NCBI GenBank assembly: GCA_958009085.1
Contig: OY253680.1
Location: 930,001-994,000 of the forward strand
Source of the DNA: Protoeuglena noctilucae
Taxonomy: Eukaryota
Length of the DNA stretch: 64,000 nt
Direction: 5' to 3'
Position 1 is the stretch's first letter. Every line of letters starts with the position of its first letter. The notes under the pieces are model-generated. The model worked only from the letters and a program-made list of their open reading frames with translations, was not told where the DNA came from and made no database searches. Positions 1-10,600 of this stretch are shown in pieces. The position numbers and the translations under genes are program-made.

Positions 1-1032
1 CGAGATGCACAGGATGTGCGGCAAGGGCACGGCGCGAGAGGCAACAAGGACAGGGAAAGAGAACGACAGCATGCAGCAGTGCCGCCCCGTTGCTGCCTGT
101 CCAGTCGTCTGCCATGCAGGTCTCACCTGTCCTGCCCCCACGGACCCAAACGACACGAACGGCGCCGCGTCGCCCCAATCCATGACCTCCAGAACTCGCC
201 GCACGCCCGACAGCGCCAGGGGGAGGCCCTGCAGGGTGGAAAAAGAGCGTGTCACAACGCTACCCACAGGCCATCGGTGGCTCGTCACACTCGCCTGGCC
301 ATAGCCCTCACCTGGAACACGCCCTTGCCCATCGAGCCCTGGATGCAGACCTTGGTGCGCTTGCCGTCCTCGCTCTGTCCACGACCGGCGAGAGTCATTG
401 CTTTGGTTCGCACCAAGAGAGCATGACAGCGCGGCATGACACAACATTGCAGCGCTCCTCGCGCCCCCCCACCAGCGTCGTGGCGATCTCCCGCACCATC
501 TCCAGCACCGTCCCGATGCGGTACACGTCCATCTCCGGATTCGTTTCGGGAATGGTGAGGCGGAGCTTTAGGGCCGTCTCGCCCGCACGCACAGCGCGCT
601 CCACGGCGCTCGCGGCCTCGTCGTAGAAGAAGCGACGCATCTCACGCGGGTGCGGGACCGTGTTCATCCGAATCGGGAGCTGCCACGTCTCACTGCCGGC
701 GGAGCTCGGCGACGCGCCCTGAGGGAGGGGAGGGAGGACATCAGGGCTCGTCTCACTCGCGCCTTCCAGGCGATGTCCGACATACAATGATGGGAACGAT
801 ACAACTCGAACAACGCGTCGCATCGGCGAATGCAGTCCAGTTCGAGCGCGACGGACGCGCCGGGGCTCGCCTCGCCATCCTCCGCCCAGACGCGCTTGCC
901 CCGCGAAGCCGATGGTCGCGCCCGATGGCCGCGATCCGCAACCACGAACGCACGAGGAAGCGGTCGCGCCACAGCGCGCGTCGCGTGAGCCTGTAGCGCG
1001 CATGGCGCGGGGAGTCCGATGTGGGACGTCAT
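1..1032 (-). CDS. LPA3: DUF1995 / LOW PSII ACCUMULATION 3-like plastid protein; multi-exon, 3' end lies beyond the window start
   Basis: Spliced exons give LRLTIPETNPEMDVYRIGTVLEMVREIA, KVCIQGSMGKGVFQ and LPLALSGVRRVLEVMDWG, matching recalled LPA3-family motifs. The Ala/Arg/Ser-rich N-terminus from ATG 1032 (MTSHIGLPAPCALQAHATRAVARP) looks like a transit peptide. Confidence 0.75.
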
Positions 1033-1176
1033 CGCTGGGCCAGGCGACGCTCCCGGCGAGCAAGTGACTCGTGAGAACAGCCAGACAGTACAGGGCACGT
1101 CATACCAGCCTGGCGATGTGCATTTGACTTGAAAAAGCACTTGCTGGAGGAGGTCTGGCAGGTTAAACAGAGCTTC

Positions 1177-1184
1177 GCGGCAAA
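1177..1184 (-). promoter_or_regulatory. Candidate E2F site (TTTGCCGC) in the divergent LPA3/MCM10 intergenic region
   Basis: Matches the TTTSSCGS consensus about 210 bp upstream of MCM10, a replication gene of the type usually under E2F control. The motif is short and could occur by chance. Confidence 0.3.
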
Positions 1185-1394
1185 AAGACCCTGAAAATGC
1201 GCCCCTGTCTACGTTCCTTGATGCCTTGCGTGTCCCAATTGCAGCTTCTGCTTCCCCAGTCGCCCTTTCCTCGCCCCGCGTGCACGCGACCCTCCACACG
1301 CTGGCTGTCAAGCAACGTATTTTGAAGGCGCGGGGCCCGACCGCCCCGCCGCTCTCCTGTTGCAGTTCCTCGTACTCTACTCTCGTCGCCGGCG

Positions 1395-4118
1395 ATGTCG
1401 CTGTCCGGGGAGGAGCTCGACCTCCTCCTCGCCATGGCCGCGGCCGACGACGCGCAGGCCGCGGCGGCCCCTCCCGCCCGCGCTACGGACCCGGCGGACG
1501 AGTCCAGGCCATTCCTGCTCCCGGCCGACCCGCCCGAGGCCCCGCGTCCCCGGGCGCGCCCAGGCCTGCCCCCAGCGAGCGAAGCAGGCCCACGCCCCTC
1601 CCGGCCCTTCGGCGACGCGGCCGGTCCCCCCGGCAAGCGCCCCGACCGCACCCCGCGCGAGATATTCAGGGGCTTCCGCGTGGTGCATCCCGCGGTGACC
1701 CCGCTCACGGTCGCGGACCTGTTTGACATTCACTCGTACCAGCCGCTCTCCGTCGTCGGGCAGCTCGGCGCGGGCGCGACGGGGCGATGGGGGACGATGG
1801 GCGTGCTCGTCTCCAAATTGCCGCCCAAGCAGACGGGCAGCGGGCGGCCCTTCAGCGTGTGGCGCGTGCAGGGCCCAGCCCCGAAGGAGTCGCCCGTGAC
1901 AGTCATGCTCTTCGCGGACGCGCACCAGGCGCACTGGCAGACGGAGGAGGGCCAGGTTCTGATTCTCCTGGTGAGGCCGGGCGGCGTGGCGCGGCAGCAC
2001 GTGGCACGCGCGCCTCCCCACGTCGTGTTGTTGCCCCTGGGTTTGGATTCCAAGGCCCTTCCGTTCCTCCGCAGTCCCCCAGCGTCCGCGAGAAGCCCTC
2101 GGAGACGTTCCTCGCGGTCGACAGCCCGGAACAGGTGGTCCCGGCCGGGCGCTCCTCGGACTTCACGCTGTGCCGCGAGCAGCGGGAGGACGGGCAGCGC
2201 TGCCGGGAGCTGGTGGACTGCCGCGTGGCGCCGGACGGGCTCTGCGACTACCACGTGCGGCAGAGGGCCAAGATACTGACGGCCAGGCAGCCGGGGGCCA
2301 AGGGCGCCCAGCCATCCGTGGTGAGGGGCGTGACGGGGGTCACAGAGGGTAGCAGGCGGGGACAGGACTAGTGGAAATGGGATATATGGTTGGGACGATA
2401 ACCGTGGATCAGATATAGCCTTGTTTTCTCCCAATGCTGCTACCCGTCCCCTCCCTCGCCCCTCCGCAGTTCTTCGGCAAGTTCCGGGAGCTGCAGAACC
2501 AGCAGCTGACGCAGGACAGCAGGGAGGCGGTGCGGGAGCAGGCGCTGGGTCTGCTGGCGGCGGCGCAGCAGAAGGGCCTCACAGCCGCAGAGCTGAGGGG
2601 TACGCCGGTCATGGGGCCGGCAGCCATCGCACGCGCGGCGCTGGGGGGCTCTCTCGGGATGCGCAGGGGCGGGGGTGCTACGACAGGGGCGGTCCACAGG
2701 GCCGCAGTGGCGGACGGGGGGTTTGCGGCGCGGGTGCGAGGCCAGGGTGGGGCCGGCTGCAGCCATAGCCACAGCAATCATGGTTTGCCGGCGGCGATTC
2801 CGAAGCCGGATCCGTACCGCCCGGTAACGGACATGGAGCGGATGCTGCGGAGGGAGCGGCAGCGGGGGGCAGAGGCGGGGGACGGAGCGGGCGCGGGTGG
2901 GGCGACGGCGCCGGAGGGAGCGGGCCCTGGGGAAGGGGAGGAGGGGCGTGGGGAGTTGGAGGGTTTGGAGCAAGCGGGCGGTGGCGAGGGGGGCGCAGGT
3001 GGGCGAGCTGTCGGTGTTGACGTGCCAAGCGCTGCTGTGGCGTCGGTGTGTTGCTGACTGCGCTTGGGTCTGTGCCCTCGCCATGCAGGTCCCGAAGCGT
3101 CTCGCGCGCCGCTGCCCCTGTCGCAGCTGCTGAGCGACGAGGGCGGCCCCGCGACCCGCCGCGACGTGTGCGAGGGCCACCTCATGGACCGGGAGGGCCG
3201 CAGCGTGTTCCGGGGCAAGCGGGCGGCCCTGGGGGCGCTGGGGCCGGGACTGCAGCCCAGAAAAGACAAGGCTCCCAGGACGGCGTTCGCCAAGCAGGCG
3301 AGCGGGTTTGTATGTGTGTCAGCTGGCGGGCATGGGCAGCTACATGCGATGCGAGGGGTTGCCAGTGAGTCGACTGTTCCTCTCCTTTCGCTCCTCAGTT
3401 CGCGAACGTGGAGGTGGAGGAAGGCGCGGCTTCCACCCGCCCCCCCTCGCGATACGACGGCGCCATGCGTGCGGAGGCGGCCGCGCGTGCCGAGCAGGCC
3501 CTCAAGGACGCGGCGGTGCTGGAGAGGGCGGCGGGTGAGTGGGACGAGGCGGTGCTGCTCTGAGAGAGCAGTTGCGATCACAGCTGCATGCCCCTGCTGA
3601 TCATGCTCCACCCACAGCCTTCTCATCAGCAGCTGTAACTCGGTCGTGACCGTGACTGCCACCGCCCCCTCTCCTCTCCCGCGACCGCAGAGCTCAAGCA
3701 GCGCGGCCGCGGCCCGTCCGACTCGCTGACCAAGCGCGTGTGCCGCACGTGCAAGAACAAGGTCCTGCACCCCAGCCTGTCCATGGCTCAGGTCAACGCC
3801 CTCCACCGCAACCACAAGGTCGGTGACTGGGACGCCAACTGTTGTCGGTTGACCTGTGCTCAACAAAGAGACTCGTACAGCAACTTGTTCCCTAACCCGC
3901 AGATTGTGACGGAGACCCACCGCGCGTACTCGTTTGTCTGCCCGGTGCCCGGCTGCCGCAGCTTCCCGCAGCAGGGGTGGATCAGGGACCGCATCGTGTG
4001 CCGGACGTGCGGGGCGCAGTGTCGCCTGGACGGGGCCGCGGGGGAGGCGGCCAGGAAGGCCCAGGCAGCGGCGATGGTCGATTGCCACTCGCGCGCGCCC
4101 CTCTACATGCCGCGGTGA
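1395..4118 (+). CDS. MCM10: DNA replication factor Mcm10; multi-exon
   Basis: OB-fold (WGTMGVLVSKLPPKQTGSGRPFSVWRV...VMLFADAH), CCCH finger (CREQREDGQRC...CDYH) and C-terminal Cys/His clusters (CRTC...H; CPVPGC...CRTC). The last exon boundary is uncertain. Confidence 0.8.
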
Positions 4119-4432
4119 TGGGGCGGGCATTGCTGTCGTCGATGAAGGGGTGGGTGACAGCGACCATCCCTTGCGTGTGCCGCTCTACATGCCGCGTTGA
4201 AGGGACGAGTGGCTGGAGGGGAGTGGTTAGAGCATGTACCATCCTTGTAGCGACAGCCAGTCGTGCGCGCGACTCTCCGGGCACGGCGCGGTGTGTGGCA
4301 TGGATTGCGCGTCCATATGCCAGCAGGCGTGCTAAGTAACAAGCAGCGGTGTTTATCTTATCACCAGCCACCTCTTATGACTTCAACAGCACCAACTGCA
4401 AGTGCCAAGCAATTCCCAATGGAGTTACCCCC

Positions 4433-7188
4433 TCAGTGCCCCGCGGCGGTGTTGCGGTAGTCCGGTGCGTGCCTGGCGGCCCTGGCCCCCGCGACCAGCA
4501 GCGCCGCCTCCGCCAGCAGCGCAGCGGTGAGGAGCGAGAAGGAGAGCCGCCAGTTGCGCAGGTGCCCCTGCACGGCTCCCATGATGGGCGGGGACGGCAC
4601 GTCTCCCAGCAGGTGGATGAGGACGGTGGTGAGGGAGCAGCTGAAGGGGCGGAGGCGCTTGGGGACGCACCACTGCAGGGGGTGGTGAGCGGATGGTGGA
4701 TGAGGTGGATGGGGTGAGCGAGCTAGAGAGATAGAGAGACTGGCCAAGCATCGTGGATACTGCTATGAGAGCGACAGTCACACTGCGCCAGTCGCTACCC
4801 ACGCACCAGTGCGACGGCGCTGGTGGGCGCCTGGGTGAGGAACAGGGCCAGCTCTCCCAGGGCCAGCATGGGGGCGAACTGCCCAATGGACTGCGGGAGA
4901 GAGAAAGAGAGAGGCAGCTATCGCCTTCTATCCCCACACACAGTTGCACTCCCTCGCACTCGCACTCGCACGCAGCATCGACGTCCCCCTCGCCTGCGCC
5001 ATGTTGAATGCGGGGATGAGCAGGGCGCATGCGACGGCCACGGCAGCGGCAGACAGGGCCAGAGCGGACTCCATGCCACCCCCCAATCGATCCAAAGCCA
5101 CTCCTCCTGCCGCAGTGCCGATGACCCCCGTCAGCACCGTCAATGCACCAAACACCAAGTCCGCAGACTCCTGGGGGGGTTGCGTGGGGGACAAGTGGTG
5201 GGCAGTGAGGCACAGGCACATCGCTGACAGTGGATAACCCCATGTGTCGATAGCTGGAGATGTCGATTGCCAGTCTCTCGCCTGCTGCATGCCGAACAGC
5301 GCCTTCCCCGCCTTGGGTCCCCAGTAAGAGTAGAAGCCCAGCACGCCCGTGTAAATGGACGCGCTGGCCACTGCAACGAAGCAAAACATGATCAGTCGTA
5401 CTTTAGTATCAGCGCTGTTGGCACACCGACCATCGTACCCGTGCATGCCCCAACCCCTATCATCCCATCGTCTCCTCACCCGTGTATAGGTACACGCGGT
5501 GGGAGCACGTCTCCACCACGTCCTGCCAGAAACTCTGCGACACGGTCCGCAGACGCGAGGCCGCGTGGCGCGAGTGACCCGCCAGCCGCGCCCGCCACCC
5601 GTTGCCCACCACTGCGCCGCCCTCCGCTGCCCTCCCCGACGTCGACGTTGCTGCCACAGCGGAGTCCGACGATGCAGAAGCGGACTCGGCACCCCGCGCC
5701 AGCAGCGGCAGTGCCGCCTCGTCACTGGCAGTGCCACTGACAGCGCCCCCATCCCCGCCACCGCTGACCGACCCGTCACCAGTCTCAGCCACTCCCTCCA
5801 ACCGCGCCGCACTGCGCCCCTCCCCTCTCACCGCCTCCTCATCCCCCGCCACCTCCAACGCCGGCATGTCCACCCCGCCCGTGAGTGGCAAGGGCGGCCC
5901 CCAGAGACAGAACGCCACGAATGGGGCCATCAATGCGGCCTCTAATGCGAACGCGGCGCGCCATCCCATGGCCGCGCCCACGGTGCCGCCGTACACGTAC
6001 CCGGCTGCCACCCCCACTGGGATCTGAAGGTAAAAGGCGGCCAACCACACCGTGCGTCTGGCGGGGGGGGCGTGGTCGTCAATGAAGGGGGCGGCCAGGG
6101 CCACGAAGGAAGCCTCGCCCACGCCCACGGCCATGCGGAACAGGGCCAGGCTACGGGGGATGGGGATTAGGAGAGGTTTGTGTTGTGTTGTAAGAGAAGA
6201 TGGATGGGGACACGACTAGCGCTGACTGGCACTGGTACTTCAGCCCAGCTGCGGTCTCGTGGTGACGTGAGGATAAATAACGAAAGCAGGGTAAAAAATA
6301 ACATGAACCTTCTCAGCAGGGCACCTGCGGAAGTCCCAGGCGAGTGCGCATCCGACGACGGCGGCAGACCAGACAAGGAGGCCGTAGCCGATGAGTCGCA
6401 TGGCGTTATAGTGCTTGGACCCCTCGGCGAAGACGGGCGATGCCACGAGCAGGCCGACCATGAACGCGGCGGGGAGGAGGCCGTCCTCGAAAAAGGACAG
6501 GTCGAAGGCACCCTGCGGAGAGGTGCAGGTGCCCGCGCGATTTCATCATAGCAGAAGCGGGACGTTGTCGGGATGCGCGGAGAATCTCGACAAGGCGAGG
6601 AGCAAGGGACGGGGAGGGCGAGGGAGCCGGCGCGCACAGTAGCGGCCGACTGCAGACCGCTGCGGCGGTGCAGACGGCAAAGGACGACGTTTGCTCCCCC
6701 GAGCGCGGCTACGAGGTCGCCGGTCAAACGTCGTTCATCAATACCTGCTGCTCAACCCCTCTCAACGGTTCCGGGCGCGTTAATGCGTGCGGAACAGGGC
6801 TGCAAAGGACGCCAACGCTGGTCCCCAGCTCCGCGCGAGTCCCCCGGGTCACCTGGAGCCCGCTGCCGTTAGGATCGTCCACAGTCCTCGGCGAGCCGTT
6901 CACGCCGTTGCTGGCGATGCACCCCCGGTCCAGGTAGATCAAGAACGACATGGCCTGCAAGCGTGGGCAGCAGAGAAGCCGTTGGGACGTCACCAGTGCA
7001 TCGAGGAACACGAATCGCGAGAAACGAGACCCGTTGCGTGCACTGCGCAAGGCTCTAGCCCGCGGTCGGTGCGGCGGACGCACGCTGAAGAACACGAGCA
7101 CGAGGACCGGGGACATCTGCGCGGACTTGGGCTCCCGCGGCTCCCCCGGGAGCGAGAGAGCCCTTTGCTCCGCTTCCTCCGTGTCCAT
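4433..7188 (-). CDS. Spinster-like major facilitator superfamily transporter; multi-exon
   Basis: YLDRGCIASNGVNG, DGLLPAAFMVGLLVASPVFA, RMAVGVGEASFVALAAPFIDDHAP and YSYWGPKAG are typical of plant/algal Spinster homologues. Confidence 0.88.
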
Positions 7189-7633
7189 GGCAGCGAGCCT
7201 CGCTATTGGCTCCCCCTGCTGGGCGCATCCATCCGAAACGCGAGGAGCGTTACTCGTGCGGGCTGAATGGACGAGTCTCTAGGTGGATGTCGTCACTGCA
7301 GGTATCTTCCACCGCACAGGTGCTCTCGAGGCAAGCATATCTGTCCAGGGCGCTGAGATTGCCCTGTAAGTTCCACTTGACAGCGACGCATGCACGTAGG
7401 GCGCCAAAGTATGACTGCCGTTATAACTGCAAGCGCGAACTTGTCCTGTGCATGCATTTGGAGTGGCATTTGCTAGCTTGGTGAGGGTGAATGAGGTAGG
7501 TTCCTCGCCATTTCAGACCCCTGGAAGTATGTCGGCCTTTCCGGCATCCGTGCGGTCATTAAGCTTCCTGGACTAACGCGGGGGGTTCCCGGAAGCCCGG
7601 GCCTCGGGCCCCGACGTGCGCTGCGGGCCAGGC

Positions 7634-10600
7634 ATGTTCCTCACGCCGACGACCACGGGGGGCAAGCCCTCCGAGCCCCTGCACGTCGAGGGCATCAGCC
7701 TGTGGCAGCTATGCGCACGAGAAGTGCGGCAGGTGATTGTCGCGGGGACCCGCACGCCCTCCGCGGCGGGGGACATTGAAAGAGCGCCGGGCGTCTGTCG
7801 AGCCGAGCCGGCCCCGCGCTCGCTCTGTGGGCATCGCGGACCTCGCCTGGCATTATCCGCGCGCAGAGGCGGATCATCACATTCGGCGCGGCGGACAGTC
7901 CGGCCATCGGGCGCTTGGTTGGGCACACGACGGGGGGCGAGAAGCGCGGCGAGCATGCTTCCGTCCCGACGGCCATCTCCAGGCGCGTGGACCGCCCCCG
8001 CTTTGTTATGAGACGCCCTTGTAACGAATCTACCCTTTGCCGCGTGCGACGCCTCGATTCGCCCCGTCCCCGCGCAGCGGCGTGTGCTTTGAGCAGGTCG
8101 CGGCGGGTGCGGACCACTTCGCGGCGTGCACGGCGGACGGCGACGTCTTCGTATGGGGCGCAAATACGTGCGGACAACTGGGCATCACGGAGCCGCCCAA
8201 GTTCGATCCCCGGACGGGCCGCTCGATGGCATTCACGGAGCTGACGCGCGCCCAGCCCCGCGTGCTGGTGAGCGGCGGGGAGCGGGAGCGATGGGATGAC
8301 GCGGAAAGCAACTACGTCAATTACTTACGATGTCACGGTTGCGGACTGCCCATATCACGGGCGTTTCGTGGCGGTGGGTCTCATGGTGGTCTCATGGTGA
8401 GTCTCACCATGTGACCAGTGATACGGTTGTGCTATCGTCCACACCTCCGCAGAGTCCCAAACTTTCGGCGATATTCGCGGAGGACGAGGCCCGCAGGACA
8501 CCCCCTGGGCCGCGGGTGGAGCAGTCCCGGCCAGCCACGGCCGAGCAGGTGGGGAGCACGCGTGGGGTGGGTGCTGTTGCCAAGCCAAAGGACTGGGCTC
8601 AGCGGGGCAGGGGAGGTGGCTGTTGTGAAGTGACATCTGCTATACACACCATGGCGCTGATGTGGGCCTGCACAGCGCCCTGACACAATTGTTATGCCCC
8701 CTTATCCCCCCCCTCACCCACCCCACCCCTGAAGCTCACCTCTGCCGTGCTCAGCCATGCAGCTCACCTCAACTCTCGCACCCCACCCCCGCAGCTCACC
8801 TCTGCCATACTCCCCCGCCCCGCCAAGATCTCCCTCCCCACGAAGCGCCCCGTGGTGCTCCTCGCCTGCGGCGCCGCCTTCACCCTGGCGGCCCTGGGGG
8901 GCAAGGAGGGGGGCATGCTGGTGTGGGGCGACAATGCGTGTGGGCAGTTGGCAATGGACCCGGCCACCGTCGGGACGAGTGAGGGGGGGGGGGTGGTAGA
9001 TGTGGTGGATATAGTATGTGAGAAAGGGCGAGTGAGTGGATATTGATGGATATGGTTTGTGACCTACTGTTAGTAGGTATGTGAGAAGGGGGGGGTGAAT
9101 GATGTTCAGTTTGCCAATCATTGCTTGTCTCACCAAACACCTTCCACCCCTTGTTGTCACCCACTCACCCCTCACTGCACCCCTTACCACGCCCCTCATC
9201 CCTCACAACCCCACTCACCCACCCCCTTTACTGCCCCGCAGGAGTGCTCACCCCCACCGAGAATTCCCTTTTCAACGGCCAGCACGCCAAGAGCCTGAGC
9301 GCCGGCAAGGAACACGCGGCCGCCGTCGACCAGCATGGCACGCTCTTCACGTGGGGCTGCACCAAGGGGGGCAGGCTGGGTCGCAAGTCATTCATGATTC
9401 CCGTAGAAGCGGGGCGGGACGTCCCTAACCTCGTGGATGGGCCCCTGTCGCGACAGCCGTGCCGAAAGGTGGCGTGCGGGGCGGGGTTCACTGCCGCAGT
9501 CACAGAAAGCGGTGAGCTTTACACGTTCGGATTCGGGGGTCGCGGGGCGTTGGGTCACGGGGACCTGCAGAGCGAGGAGGTGCCGCGGAGGGTGGAGGGG
9601 CTGCCGGCCGTGGTTGACGTGGCATGCGCGGGGGTGGCGGCGGCAGTGACGGTGAATGGGGAGATGTACGTGTGGGGGGAGAGCCACTACGTGGGGTTTG
9701 GCACCGGCACAGATGCGGCTAGGCCGCGGCTGGTGTGCGGGGCGGAGGGGGCGGCGCTGGGGAGCGAGCGGGTGCGGGCGGTCTCGGTAGGGCCACAGCA
9801 TGCCGTCGCATTGGGCAGGCGGGGGAGGGTGGTGGCGTGGGGCCGGCGCACGCTGTTGCCTTTCCTGGGCGACGCGGGGGGCGTTGTTAAAGAGTCGGTG
9901 CGTGCCGTGTGTTGTGGCGACTCTTGCACGGCGCTGTTGGGTGCCCAGACGCGCTTTGAGGTGGACGAGGAGTTGCTGGGTCTGATGCTGCGGTCTCTGT
10001 TTCTGTGGTACGTGGAGAATAACGAGGAGAGGCCGGTGATCAAGAACGCCATGGAGAACGCGCAGGGGGAGGTGAGGGGGTGTGTGTGTGTATGTGACGG
10101 TGTGTGTGTGTGAATGAAGAACGCGCACGGGAAGGTGAGGGTGTGTGCGTGTGTGTGGTGGGTGTGATGGGGGGGAGGTGTGCTTGTGTGGATGTGTGTG
10201 CTGACATGGGGTGGGTGCAGTCGTCTATCACTGCGACCCTGCGACTGCGACTCCTTTCTTTCGTAATTGACTATGATTCAATCTCAGTAATACTATCTTA
10301 GTATCACTAAGTACCACCATTCTTCATCTCCCGCATCGCAGGAGCAGGCGTTCGACGCCGTCCCCATCACGCTGGTCACGGCCATCTGCCTGGCACGGGA
10401 GGCGTGCGTGATTGACAACGCGTTCAAATACACGGATCTGATGGACCTGTTCGAGAGCAGTTCGAAAGAAGTCAAGTCCAACAAGTTTGAACACTTCGCC
10501 ACCAGGCACATCCAGTACGCGCAGTTCGAGGCCATGGTGAGATGTGATATGATGGGTGACTGTGTGTNNNNNNNNNNNNNNNNNNNNNNNNNNNNNNNNN

